A stretch of 64,000 nt of DNA from an uncultured Acidimicrobiia bacterium. Lineage in GTDB: Bacteria > Actinomycetota > Acidimicrobiia > IMCC26256 > PALSA-555. This document shows, in pieces, positions 21,993 through 31,871 of this stretch (within the stretch, counting starts at the first letter, position 1; each line of letters begins with the position of its first letter). Location of the stretch: positions 491,830 through 555,829 of the forward strand of contig CAVRGH010000010.1 of the NCBI GenBank assembly GCA_963720675.1, read 5' to 3'. The notes under the pieces were generated by a model that made no database searches, was not told where the DNA came from, and was given only the letters and a program-made list of their open reading frames with translations. A program made the translations under genes and the position numbers.

Positions 21993-23336
21993 TTACTCGG
22001 GCGAGTTCTCCTCGGAGATCCCGGCCTCCGGGGCTCCTGCGGGCTCCTCGGCCGCCGCGACCGGCGCCTCGGCGCCTTCCGCTGCGGTTTCGGGCTGTAC
22101 CGGCGCCGCCTCGGCCGCTTCCGCCGCCTCGGCGCCCTCGACCGCATCCGCAGCCTCGGGCTCCTCCACGGCGATCTCCGGGCCGATGTAGTTGCCGGCC
22201 TCGTCGTAGGCGTGCTCGCCGAACTGGTCCTGGTACTCGGCCGCCACGACGCCGCCCTCGGCCGCCTGCTTGATGGAGAGCGAGATCCGGCGGCGCTCGA
22301 GGTCGATGTCGATGATCTTCACCCAGAGCTCCTCGCCGGGGGTGACGACCTGCTCCGGGGCCTCGACGTGGTGCACGGCCATCTCGGAGATGTGGACCAG
22401 ACCCTCGATCCCGTCACCGACCTGGACGAACGCGCCGAAGGGCACGAGCTTGGTGACCCGTCCGTAGACCAGCTCGCCGACCTGGTGGCCATCGGCGAAC
22501 TCCTGCCACGGGTCCTGCTGCGTCGCCTTGAGCGAGAGCGAGATCCGCTCGCGATCGAGGTCGACGTCGAGCACCTGGACCGTGACCTCGTCGCCCACCT
22601 GCACGACGGAGCTCGGGTGGTCGACGTGCTTCCAGGACAGCTCGGACACGTGGACGAGTCCGTCCATGCCACCGAGGTCGACGAATGCACCGAAGTTCAC
22701 GACCGACGAGACCACTCCCTTGCGGATCTCGCCCGGCTTGAGGTTCGTGAGGAACTCGTCGCGCTGCTCGCGCTGCGTCTCCTCGAGGTACGCGCGCCGC
22801 GAGAGGACGACGTTGTTGCGGTTCTTGTCGAGCTCGATGATCTTGCACTCGAGCGTCTTGCCCACGAACGGCGCGAGATCGCGCACGCGGCGCAGATCGA
22901 CGAGCGAGGCGGGCAGGAAGCCTCGGAGTCCGATGTCGAGGATCAGGCCGCCCTTGACCACCTCGATGACCGGCCCCTCGACGATGCCTTCCTTCTCCTT
23001 GATCTCCTCGATCGTCCCCCAGGCGCGCTCGTACTGCGCGCGCTTCTTGGAGAGGATGAGGCGACCGTCCTTGTCCTCCTTGGTGAGGACGAGGGCCTCG
23101 AGCTGCTGCTCGAGGGTGACGACCTCGTTCGGGTCGACGTCGTTGCGGATCGAGAGCTCGCGCGAAGGGATGACGCCTTCGGACTTGTAGCCGATGTCGA
23201 GCAGGACCTCGTCACTGTCGATCTTGACGACGATGCCGGTGACGATGTCACCGTCGTCGAAGGCCACGATCGTGGCGTCGACCGCGTCCGAGAACGACTG
23301 GCCGCCGAGGTCGTCGAACACCACGGGGGCGTCCAT
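21993..23336 (-). CDS. rpsA: 30S ribosomal protein S1
   Basis: 447-aa ORF with four S1 repeats (GDIVTGIVVKIDSDEVLLDIGYKSEGVIPSRELS...). GGGAGG lies 5 nt before ATG 23336. Acidic A/E/P-rich C-terminal tail. Confidence 0.93.
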   Translation of the reverse strand: MDAPVVFDDLGGQSFSDAVDATIVAFDDGDIVTGIVVKIDSDEVLLDIGYKSEGVIPSRELSIRNDVDPNEVVTLEQQLEALVLTKEDKDGRLILSKKRAQYERAWGTIEEIKEKEGIVEGPVIEVVKGGLILDIGLRGFLPASLVDLRRVRDLAPFVGKTLECKIIELDKNRNNVVLSRRAYLEETQREQRDEFLTNLKPGEIRKGVVSSVVNFGAFVDLGGMDGLVHVSELSWKHVDHPSSVVQVGDEVTVQVLDVDLDRERISLSLKATQQDPWQEFADGHQVGELVYGRVTKLVPFGAFVQVGDGIEGLVHISEMAVHHVEAPEQVVTPGEELWVKIIDIDLERRRISLSIKQAAEGGVVAAEYQDQFGEHAYDEAGNYIGPEIAVEEPEAADAVEGAEAAEAAEAAPVQPETAAEGAEAPVAAAEEPAGAPEAGISEENSPE

Positions 23337-23681
23337 GTCGACCTCCCGATCTTCCTCGGGGCGGTCCTCTCCCTCGGCGGGCGTCCGCTGCCGACGGGGC
23401 CGCCTCGGGTGCCGATGCCTCCGGGGCCGCCGACTCGGGCATGGCCTCCGGGGTGATCTCGGTGGGTGCTGCTTCGGGGGCCGGCGTCGCGCCTGCGTCC
23501 CCCGCTTCCTGCTCCAGGACGGTGGCGCTGCCGCCGACCGTCGCGTCCTGCTCCGACAACTTCTGACTCCTCGAGAACCCTGGGCGCCCGCACGGCGACG
23601 GGACTCCCACCAAGGTCGGGGTCAGGACGCGAACACGGACGACACAGCCCCCGGCGGGGACTGCGCATCCAGGCTATCCGT

Positions 23682-24440
23682 TCAGTTCCCGCAACGCCCC
23701 ACCAGCAGCAGCTCCGGGTCGTCGAGCGAGGGTGGCGCGGCGCGGTAGCCCCCGGGCGCGACCCCGAAGATCCCGTCCACCGAGACGCCTGCGGTCCGGG
23801 CCAAGAGGTCGAGCTCGCGCGCCGTGAAGCAGGTGGTCCAGAGGTCGAAGGGCTGCTCCTCCCCCGCCTCGTTGCGCACCGTCGCGACCTCGTGCAGCAC
23901 ACCGGTCGCGGGATCGAACTCCTCGCCGGCTTCGAGATGCCGGATCGCGAACGGTGCGTGGAAGGCGGAGACCGCGAGCCCGCCGCCGGGGCGAACGGCC
24001 CGCACGATGCGGTGGAAGACCTCCGCCTCGTCGCGCCCGCCCAGCAACCCGAAACCGCCTTGGCACAGGCAGATCGCGGCGTCGAACTCGGCGTCGAACG
24101 CGAGCTCCCGCACGTCGAGCACGGTGAACGTCGCGGGCAGCCCCTCGGCCTCGGCTGCCGACCGGGCGAGGTCGACGAAGTCGGGCGACAGGTCGACGCC
24201 GAGCACCTCGATGCCACGTGCCGCGAGCGCGAGCGCATGGCGCCCGGGACCACACCCCACGTCGAGGACCCGGTCCCCGTGCCCGAGCCCGAGTGCGTCG
24301 ACGAGGAACGAGACCTCTTGCTCCGTGCCCTTCGTGAAGGCCATGACCCGACCGGTATCAGGCGCCCAGTAGGTCCTGCCCAGGAACGCGGCAATCGGGT
24401 TGAACCACGCTCCCTCGGGAGGCAGTGGCAGGTCCGGCAT
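23682..24440 (-). CDS. Class I SAM-dependent methyltransferase
   Basis: 252-aa ORF with VLDVGCGPGRHALALAARGIEVLGVDLS motif I and a post-I acidic residue. Confidence 0.8.
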   Translation of the reverse strand: MPDLPLPPEGAWFNPIAAFLGRTYWAPDTGRVMAFTKGTEQEVSFLVDALGLGHGDRVLDVGCGPGRHALALAARGIEVLGVDLSPDFVDLARSAAEAEGLPATFTVLDVRELAFDAEFDAAICLCQGGFGLLGGRDEAEVFHRIVRAVRPGGGLAVSAFHAPFAIRHLEAGEEFDPATGVLHEVATVRNEAGEEQPFDLWTTCFTARELDLLARTAGVSVDGIFGVAPGGYRAAPPSLDDPELLLVGRCGN

Positions 24441-24454
24441 CGAGACGCGAGCCT

Positions 24455-25840
24455 ATGACCATGCCCGAGGACGACCTCACGAACGATGATCCCGTCACGC
24501 GACGCAGCCCGAAGCACGTCGGTCTCCGGGCTCTGGTCGTTCGCTCCCGCCCGTTCCGGAGTGCCGTCCGTCGTTCGAAGCATGTCCGTCATTCGAGACT
24601 GCTCGATCGGCTGCGGTGGTGGCGGCGTCGTCCCGTCACCCTCAACGAGAAGATCCGATACAAGATGGCGAAGGACCGTCGCCCGCTGCTGACCACGTTC
24701 TCGGACAAGTTGGCGGTCCGCGACTACGTCGCCAGTCGTGTGGATCCGGACATCCTCAACCATGTCTTCCTCACCGCAGCGGACCCGAGGGAGATCGACG
24801 TCGAGCAGCTCCCGGACCCCTGCGTGATCAAGCCCACGCATGGCAGCGGTGCCGTCATCCTGGTGCACGACGGGGCGGACCCGAGCGCGGTGATCCCCGG
24901 CGTCCCGGACGGCGCCGGTTGGGTCTCGGGCACGGTCTCGATCCGGAGGGACCGCATCGACCAGGCGCGGTTCAACTCACTGGCCGACAGCTGGCTCTCC
25001 GCGGACTACGGGCGCACAACCTCGTGGGCCCAGTGGGCGTACCGGGATGTCCCGCCTCGCCTCATCGTGGAACGTTTCCTCGAGGGGCGCGACGGCGTGG
25101 CCCCGACGGAGTACAAGCTCATGGTCTTCCACGGAAGGGTGCGGTGGCTCTACCAGGTGGCGATCGCGGCGCCCAGGAGGCTCAGTCTGTTCTGGCCCGA
25201 CTGGACCCCGATTCCCGCGACCTACGGATTCGCGAAGCACGAGGATCCGCCGTCGGCCCCACGAGCACTCGAGGAAATGATCGCGGTCGCCGAAGCACTC
25301 GGTTCCGAGACCGACTTCGTCCGCGTCGACCTCTACGACGTGGACGGCCGGATGATCTTCGGGGAGCTCACCAACTACTCGCAGGGGGGACGTGGGATTC
25401 TCGACCCCCCCGAGTACCGGACGATTCTTGCTGACGGATGGGATCCACCGGCCCGGTACAGCGGCTCGGGTCGGAGGCGGGCAAGCCGCGCCGAAGGGGA
25501 GCGGAGGCCGTCAACCCTTGGCGGTCGCCCTGTTCGGGCCGAAGCCGATGTCGACCACACTGTCGATCTTGACGACCAGCCGGTGACGAGCGCCTTCGTC
25601 GAAGGCTGCTGCGCGCGGCGGCTGCCCTCAGGCGTCGGCCACCGGGTTGTTCCCCCAGAACTCCTCCATCGCCTCGCTGTCGAGGTCGACGGTCCAGACG
25701 CGTTCGACGTTGCCGTCCGCGTCCAGTCGGGAGATGTAGATCGCCCGGTTGTCGAAGACGTCCCCGCTCGTGGCGTGACGCCCCGTCTCGGCGACCAGGG
25801 CGGAGTGCCGCAGAAGGAGAGAAGGAGAACTCAGATGTAG
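24455..25840 (+). CDS. TupA-like ATP-grasp protein; ORF stays open about 110 codons past the end of recognisable homology
   Basis: LNEKIRYKMAKDRRPLLTTFSDKLAVRDYV...CVIKPTHGSGAVILV...EYKLMVFHGRV...DFVRVDLYDVDGRMIFGELTNY resembles the ATPgrasp_TupA family. Homology ends about 25480 (ADGWDPPARY). The remainder runs antisense through the polA-3'-like remnant and NTF2-like fragment, so the stop was probably lost or shifted. Start could be GTG 24425 or ATG 24455/24461. Confidence 0.65.
   Translation: MTMPEDDLTNDDPVTRRSPKHVGLRALVVRSRPFRSAVRRSKHVRHSRLLDRLRWWRRRPVTLNEKIRYKMAKDRRPLLTTFSDKLAVRDYVASRVDPDILNHVFLTAADPREIDVEQLPDPCVIKPTHGSGAVILVHDGADPSAVIPGVPDGAGWVSGTVSIRRDRIDQARFNSLADSWLSADYGRTTSWAQWAYRDVPPRLIVERFLEGRDGVAPTEYKLMVFHGRVRWLYQVAIAAPRRLSLFWPDWTPIPATYGFAKHEDPPSAPRALEEMIAVAEALGSETDFVRVDLYDVDGRMIFGELTNYSQGGRGILDPPEYRTILADGWDPPARYSGSGRRRASRAEGERRPSTLGGRPVRAEADVDHTVDLDDQPVTSAFVEGCCARRLPSGVGHRVVPPELLHRLAVEVDGPDAFDVAVRVQSGDVDRPVVEDVPARGVTPRLGDQGGVPQKERRRTQM
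25480..25606 (-). repeat. Orphan diverged duplicate of the polA 3' terminus (with its own stop)
   Basis: Minus strand reads ...LVVKIDSVVDIGFGPNRATAKG-TGA (stop 25513..25511). polA reads ...NVPLVVDIGFGPNWATAKD at 26325-26372. About 40 of 46 nt are identical in the core. Shared blocks continue past the stop: TGACGGCC and CGGCGCGGC at the same spacing. Copy offset is 810-811 bp. Confidence 0.6.
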
Positions 25841-25846
25841 GCACAT
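25628..25846 (-). pseudogene. C-terminal fragment of an NTF2/SnoaL-like protein (best preserved of three tandem degenerate copies, 25628-26170)
   Basis: ...HATSGDVFDNRAIYISRLDADGNVERVWTVDLDSEAMEEFWGNNPVADA. A second copy (25852-26010) aligns at DNA level but needs 2 frameshifts (HSTSGHVLDIR/SIYIFLLDCGTV/RYVEHVLPTFYLDSEAMEEFSGTNP). A third, weaker copy lies around 26100-26170 (VFDNGPGG). No full-length N-terminal half is present. Confidence 0.35.
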
Positions 25847-26320
25847 CCGGGTTAGTTCCCGAGAACTCCTCCATAGCCTCGCTGTCGAGGTAGAAGGTAG
25901 GCAGGACGTGTTCGACGTACCGTACCGCAGTCCAGTAGGAAGATGTAGATCGACCCGTATGTCGAGGACGTGCCCGCTCGTGGAGTGAAGTCACATGCGC
26001 AGATGCGGAATGCTCGTTGGCGAACACACACGTCCGGCCTGGTGGAACGAGTCACCGAAGATCGGCAGGAACTTCATCATCAGCTCCACGACACAAAGGC
26101 TTCTCGACCTTCGGTGTGCCGCCATGGCCCCCCGGCCCGTTGTCGAAGACACGCCGGCGCGTGCGAGTCAGCGCGGCACCGGCTCGCCCGACGCGAGCGT
26201 GTCCCAGATCGCCTGGTCTCGAGCGAGCGCGTCCGGCTCGTTCACCGTCCAGCTCTCGTCGTGGCGGCAACTGTAGTGACGCGTGCCGGTCGCGGGCCGC
26301 GCCGGACGCGGCGCGGGCCG

Positions 26321-28987
26321 TCACGTCCTTGGCAGTCGCCCAATTCGGTCCGAAGCCGATGTCGACGACGAGCGGGACGTTGAGCTCGGTGACGGACTCC
26401 ATCGTCTCGCGCAGGACGGGCTCGACCCGTTCGCGCTCGTCGACGGGCACCTCGAAGACGAGCTCGTCGTGCACGGTCAGGAGCATCCGCGTCTCGAAGC
26501 CACCCGCGTCGAGCGCGGCGTCGACGTCGATCATCGCCAGCTTGAAGATGTCGGCGGCCGAACCCTGGATCGGCGCGTTCTGCGCCATCCGCTCCCCCAT
26601 CTGGCGGATGCGGAAGTTGTCGGACGACAGCTCGGCGATCTGGCGCCGCCGACCGAAGATCGTGGTCGTGTAGCCGCGGCCCTTCGCCTCTTCCACCGTC
26701 TCGCTCCATGAACGCGGCGACGTTGGGGAACGCCTCGAAGTAGTCGTCGAGGATGACCCGCGCCTCGTCGACCGCGACATCCATGCGCTGGCTCAGGCCG
26801 TACGCCTCCATGCCGTAGGCGAGCCCGTAGTTCACGACCTTGGCGAAGCGACGGTCCTCTGCGTTCACGTCGGCCTCGTCCTTGTGGAAGACCTTCGCGG
26901 CGGTGGCGGTGTGGATGTCGACGCCGCGCTCGAACGCATCGACGAGGCCCGGGTCCTCTGCGAGGTGCGCGAGGACGCGCAGCTCGATCTGGCTGTAGTC
27001 GGCCGTGAGCAAACCGAAGCCGTCGTCCGCGACGAACGCCCGGCGGAACTCCCGACCGTCCGCGGTCCGGACCGGGATGTTCTGGAGGTTCGGTGCCTCG
27101 CTGGAGATCCGGCCGGTCGTGGTGTCGGTCTGCTTGAAGGTCGCGTGGATCCGCCCGTCGGGACCGATGAGCGGGGGCAGGGCATCGGCGTAGGTGCCGC
27201 GCAGCTTCTCGACCTCCCGGTAGTGGAGGAGGTCGGCGACGATCGGGTGGTCGTCGATCATCTTCTGCAGCGAGTCGGCGTCGGTGGACGGTCCGGTCTT
27301 GGTCTTCTTGACCGGAGTCAGCCCGAGCTTGTCGAAGAGCACGACGCGCATCTGCGGTGTGGAGTTCACGTTGAACTCCTCCCCGGCATGCGCCCAGATC
27401 GCGCGCATCAGGCGGTCGCACTCCTTGTTGAGCTCCGCGCTCAGCGCGCTCAGGAACTCGCGGTCCATGCGGATCCCGGTGCGCTCCATCTTCGCGAGCA
27501 CGCGCACGAGCGGCCGCTCGAACCGCTCGTACAGATCGGTGAGCTCTCGTGCGACGAGCGCTTCGCCCAGCACGTCGGCGAGCTGGAGCACCACCGCGGC
27601 GCGGCGCCCGGTCTCCTCGGCACCGGCCGTGCCTTCGAGGTCGAGCGTGCCCTCCTCGACGTCGGGCGAGCGCACCTCCAGAGAGAGGAACCGCAGCGCG
27701 AGATCCTCGAGCAGGAACTTCCCGGCGCCGGGATCGAGGAGGTACGCCATCACCGCGGTGTCCGACTCGAGGGTGCGCACGTCGGCACCGAGCCCGTGCA
27801 TGAGGTCCTTCGCACGGTGTGCCACCAGCGGCGGGCCCCCCGGCCCGACCAGCTCGCCACCCGCCGCGAGCACGTCCGGGTCGCCGAGCAACGCCCCGTC
27901 GAGGTACGACACGTCGCCGTCGTCGGTCGCGATCGCGAGCCCGATCAGTCCGCTCCGTCCGGGCGTGCCGTCCCAGCGGGCCTCGAGCGCGTAGCGCTTC
28001 CCCGCCTTCGCGATCGCCCGGAGGCGCTTCGTCGCCGCCGCCGCGTCGCGGAGCACGACCACTTCGGTCTCCAGCGTCTCGGACTCCGCCTCCGGTTCGG
28101 CCGCGACCGCACCGACCGCGGCCATCATCCGCGGGAGCAGCGTGCGGAACGCGAGCTGATCGAAGAGCACCCGCACGCGCTCCTGGTCGAAGGCGCCCTG
28201 GCGCAGCTCGTCGGGCGTGATGCCGGTGTCGACGTCGAGACGCAGCTCCGACATGTCGCGGTTCAGCCGCACGCGATCGGCCATCTCGGTGAGGTTCTGG
28301 CGCTGCTTCGGGGGGAGCTCGTCGACGTGGGCGAGGATCCCTTCGATGTCGCCGTAGGTCGTGACGAGCTTCGCCGCCGTCTTCTCGCCGATCCCGGGGA
28401 CGCCCGGCAGGTTGTCGCTGGAGTCACCCCGCAGCGCGGCGTACTGGACGTACTGGTCGGGCGTGACGCCACCGGTCCGCTCGACGATCCCCGCCTCGTC
28501 GTAGAGGGCGTAGTCCGAGACGCCGCGCTTGTTGTAGAGGACCTTGAGGTGCGGGTCGTGCACGAGCTGGAACGCGTCGCGGTCGCCGGTGACGACCACG
28601 ACGTCCATGCCGCCGTCGGCGGCCTGGGTCGCGAGCGTCGCGATCACGTCGTCGGCCTCCACGCCCTCGATCTCGATCGTCGGGATCTCGAGGACCTCGA
28701 GCACCTCCCGGATGAGGGGGAGCTGCGACTTGAAGACGTCGGGCGTGGCCTTGCGCCCGGCCTTGTAGTCGGGGTCCATCGTCGTGGCGGAAGGACTTCA
28801 CCGGCGCGTCGAACGCGACGCCGATCAGCTCGGGCTGCTCGTCGGCCAGCACCTTCGTGAGCATCGAGGTGAAGCCGAAGACGGCGTTCGTGATCGTCCC
28901 GTCGGGGGTCGCGAGATCTGCAGGCAGCGCGTAGAACGCCCGGTACGCGAGCGAGTGCCCGTCGAGGAGGAGAAGCTTCTCGGCCAT
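26321..28987 (-). pseudogene. polA: DNA polymerase I, reading frame broken three times (about 28781, 26712 and 26325)
   Basis: The 5'-nuclease N-terminus MAEKLLLLDGHSLAYRAFYALP...FDAPVKSFRHD is in ORF 28424..28987. The body (DPDYKAGRKATPD ... KTGPSTDADSLQ ... ADYSQIELRVLAHL) is in 26242..28779. The palm/fingers end (TTTIFGRRRQI...QGSAADIFKLAMI...LLTVHDELVFE...VDIGFGPNWATAKD) is in 26052..26780. One extra nt (AAGGACGTGA versus AAGGGTTGA in the orphan copy) removes the expected stop at 26323..26321, so the frame runs on to 26052. Confidence 0.93.
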
Positions 28988-29026
28988 TCGGCCGATGGTA
29001 CGAACGCGCGATCGGGCGAGGCGGTC

Positions 29027-29620
29027 CTACTCCGGGGCGAGCTCGCCCTCGATGATCCGACGCGCGATCTCGCCGATCTTCACCCGGTTGCTCATCGCCT
29101 GGGTCTGGATGAACCGCCACGCAGCGTGCTCGTCGTAGCCGTACTCGTCCATGAGCCGGCCTTTGGCCCGGTCGATCAGCTTGCGCGACTCCAGCCGCTC
29201 CTCGAGGTCCTCGACGTGGCGTTCCAGGGAGGTGAGCTCGGTGTGCCGCGCGAGCGCCACCTCGATCGCCGGCATGAGGTCGCTCTTCTGGAACGGCTTC
29301 ACCAGATACGCGAGCGCACCGGCGTCCCGGGCCTGCTCGACCAGGTCGCGCTGGGAGAACGCGGTGAGGATGAGGACGGCGGCGAGCCGTTCGCTCGTGA
29401 TCTGGCGCGCGGCCGAGAGCCCGTCGAGGCCCGGCATCTTCACGTCGAGGATGACGAGGTCGGGGACGAGGTCGCGCACGAGCTCGATCGCCTCGTCGCC
29501 GCGGCCGGTCTCGCCCACGACGTCGTAGCCCTCCTCTTCGAGGAGCTCCTTGAGGTCGAGACGGATGATCGCCTCGTCCTCGGCGATCACGACACGCGGG
29601 CTGCTGGTGCTCGGGGTCAT
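29027..29620 (-). CDS. pdtaR: ANTAR-domain response regulator (PdtaR-like)
   Basis: Internal ATG 29620 of ORF 29027..30631. Receiver domain (VVIAEDEAIIRLDLKELLEEEGYDVV...DLVILDVKMPGLDG...LVKPF) followed by ANTAR (LESRKLIDRAKGRLMDEYGYDEHAAWRFIQTQAMSNRVKIGEIA). Confidence 0.85.
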   Translation of the reverse strand: MTPSTSSPRVVIAEDEAIIRLDLKELLEEEGYDVVGETGRGDEAIELVRDLVPDLVILDVKMPGLDGLSAARQITSERLAAVLILTAFSQRDLVEQARDAGALAYLVKPFQKSDLMPAIEVALARHTELTSLERHVEDLEERLESRKLIDRAKGRLMDEYGYDEHAAWRFIQTQAMSNRVKIGEIARRIIEGELAPE

Positions 29621-29637
29621 CGGCGTCGGCCCGGGGC

Positions 29638-29937
29638 TCAGCGGGCCGAGAGCTCGGCCGACATGCGGTCGAGCAAGGCGTCCTGCTCGCGCTCGAGCCC
29701 CGCAGTAGAGAGGACGAGCGAATCGCGGTGTCGGCTCAGCGCATCGGCGTGGCGCCGGGCGTCCCGGGCCTCTGCGTCGGTGAGCGGGGTCTCGGCCACC
29801 AGGGCGCGCAGGCGCGCGTCCTCGGCTTCCTCCTCCAGGAAGAGGAGCTGTTCCTCGGTGACGGCCAGCTCGGCTCGGAGACGCTTGAGCCGGTCGGACA
29901 CGTCCACGAGGCGCCGCTGCAGGAGTGACCGCGTCAT
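29638..29937 (-). CDS. Small coiled-coil protein, unknown function, 17 nt upstream of pdtaR
   Basis: 99-aa ORF rich in heptad-like L/E/R repeats (LKRLRAELAVTEEQLLFLEEEAEDARLRALV). ATG start. Same strand and tight spacing with pdtaR. Confidence 0.45.
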   Translation of the reverse strand: MTRSLLQRRLVDVSDRLKRLRAELAVTEEQLLFLEEEAEDARLRALVAETPLTDAEARDARRHADALSRHRDSLVLSTAGLEREQDALLDRMSAELSAR

Positions 29938-29995
29938 GGACCGGAGAGTCTACGGGGGAAGTGACGGTGTGGCACCGTATCTGGGTGGTTCCCCG

Positions 29996-31154
29996 ATGAC
30001 CCCCCATCCGATCTTCACGGCCGAGCACGACGAGCTCCGGGGATCGGTCCGCCGGTTCGTCGAGGCCGAGCTGGCTCCGCACGTCGACGAGTGGGAGGAC
30101 GCCGGCTCGTTCCCCGACGAGGTCTTCCGCCGGGCCGGCGAGCTGGGGTTCCTGGGCCTCCACTACCCCGAGGCCTGGGGTGGGTCGGGCGGCGACCTGG
30201 CTGCGGAGCTCGTGTTCGTCGAGGAGATCGCCAAGGCAGGCTGCGGGGCGATCGCGATGGCGCTGTCGGTCCAGACCGACATGGCCACTCCCGCGCTCGG
30301 CGAGTTCGGCACCGACGACCAGAAGGAGCGGTACCTCCGCCCGGCGATCGCCGGCACGAAGATCGCAGCCATCGCGATCACCGAGCCCGACGCCGGCTCG
30401 GACGTCGCGGGCATCGGCACCCGAGCGACGCTCGACGGCGACGTCTGGCGCGTCAACGGGACGAAGCTCTACATCACGAACGGCGCGCGGGCCGACTTCC
30501 TCACGTGCGTCGTGAAGACGGACGCGTCGGCCGGGCATAGCCGGCATCTCGCTCCTGCTGGTCGACACCGACCTCCCGGGCGTGACGGTGTCACGCAAGC
30601 TCCGCAAGCTCGGGATGTGGTCGAGTGACACCGCCGAGATCGCGCTCGACGACGTCGCCGTCCCCGCCGCGAACCTGATCGGCCTCGAACCGGGTCACGG
30701 GTTCGCGCAGCTGATGTGGCAGCTCCAGTACGAGCGCATGTCAGGCGCAGCCGCGTGCCTCGGCTACGCGGAGAGCGTCCTCGACGAGACCATCGCGTAT
30801 GCGAAGGACCGCAACGCGTTCGGCCGTCCGATCGCCGGCCACCAGGTCGTCGCGCACATGCTCGCCGACGCGGCGACCGAGCTCACCGCGGCGCGCGCCC
30901 TCGTGTACGACACCGCGTGGCGGATCCTGCAGGGCGACTACCCCGTCGCCGAGATCTCGATGGCGAAGAAGTACTCGGCCCAGGTCTTCAACCGCCTCGT
31001 CGACACCTGCCTCCAGGTGCACGGCGGCATGGGGTACATGCACGAGGCCCGGGTGAGCCGCGCGTTCCGCGACGCAAGGCTGCAGCGCATCGGTGCCGGG
31101 ACGGACGAGATCATGAACGAGGTGATCGCCAAGCGTCTCGGGATCACGCCCTGA
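29996..31154 (+). pseudogene. Acyl-CoA dehydrogenase, frame broken once near 30541
   Basis: N-terminal and middle domains (MTPHPIFTAEHDELRGSVRRFVEAELAPHVDEWE...AIAITEPDAGSDVAGI...YITNGARADF) form the tail of ORF 28784..30628. The C-terminal domain (LRKLGMWSSDTAEIALDDV...QVHGGMGYMHEARVSRAFRDARLQRIGAGTDEIM) is in 30582..31154. Removing one C in AGCCGGCATC restores SGISLLLVDTDLPGVTV. Confidence 0.85.
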
Positions 31155-31205
31155 GGCGTGCCTCAGCCGGTTGGGCTTCGCGCGCTCTGCGTGCCCTGGG
31201 GCCGC

Positions 31206-31694
31206 TCAGCCGCCGACGACGGTGGCGCAGGTGTTGTCGGAGTACTCGCACGTGTAGGTGCCGAGATCTCCGTCGGCCAAGTTCTCGGCCGAGTTGCTCA
31301 CGTTGAACGTCAAGCCCTTCCACTCGACGTAGACGCGTGAACCCGCGGCCGGTGCGGCGGACGTCTTGACCTTGTACTTCATCAGGCAGACGTCGTCGCC
31401 GAGGAACTTCGCGGCCTTGCCCTTGGCCAGCTTGCCGGTGCCGAGCTTGGTGAAGTCACCGTCGACGCTCTGGGAGATCGTCACCTTCGCTCCGGGCTTG
31501 GCGACCCCGAACGCGCCCTCGCCGTGGCAGTTCTTGTTCGGCCCCACGGCCGCGAGGCCCTCGAACTGCAGCGCACCCTTGAAGGTGGGACCCGACGCCT
31601 TCCGCACCGAGGCGGGCGCAGCCGGAGCAGCGAGCGCGAGGCAGGTCAGGGCGAGCAGCGCGCCGACGAGCAGACGACGGGGTGTCCTCGGCAT
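31206..31694 (-). CDS. Secreted Cys-containing hypothetical protein
   Basis: Internal ATG 31694 preceded by GGAGG. Signal peptide MPRTPRRLLVGALLALTCLALAAPAAPA, then four Cys residues in the mature part. Confidence 0.55.
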   Translation of the reverse strand: MPRTPRRLLVGALLALTCLALAAPAAPASVRKASGPTFKGALQFEGLAAVGPNKNCHGEGAFGVAKPGAKVTISQSVDGDFTKLGTGKLAKGKAAKFLGDDVCLMKYKVKTSAAPAAGSRVYVEWKGLTFNVSNSAENLADGDLGTYTCEYSDNTCATVVGG

Positions 31695-31871
31695 TCGAGT
31701 GCCTCCAGCATCGGGAGCGGAACACCACACCGGAGCGCGGCGGAACGCCAACCTAACCGCCCAGAGCGCTCACCCGATCACGGAGAGGACGCGCGGTTCG
31801 CTCAACACCGGGACCTGGGCTGCCGATACAGGGGTCACTCCGCCGCGCCAGGCGCGTCGGACCCCCACATC

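Noticed and set aside
29002-29013. GAACGCGCGATC near the polA start as a second LexA box
   Set aside because: The second half-site deviates (GATC instead of GTTC) and the flanking TC/GA bases are missing. polA is not a typical SOS gene. It is probably chance in GC-rich sequence.
31752-31871. Possible c-di-AMP (ydaO) riboswitch upstream of the M23 cell-wall peptidase
   Set aside because: The gene context is right and there are GGGG/CCGA-type blocks (GCCGAUACAGGGGUCA). However, the highly conserved ydaO blocks I recall (GGGGACCCA, GGGGUGAAUC, CAGCUAACCUCGUAAGCG) are absent, and the leader is short.
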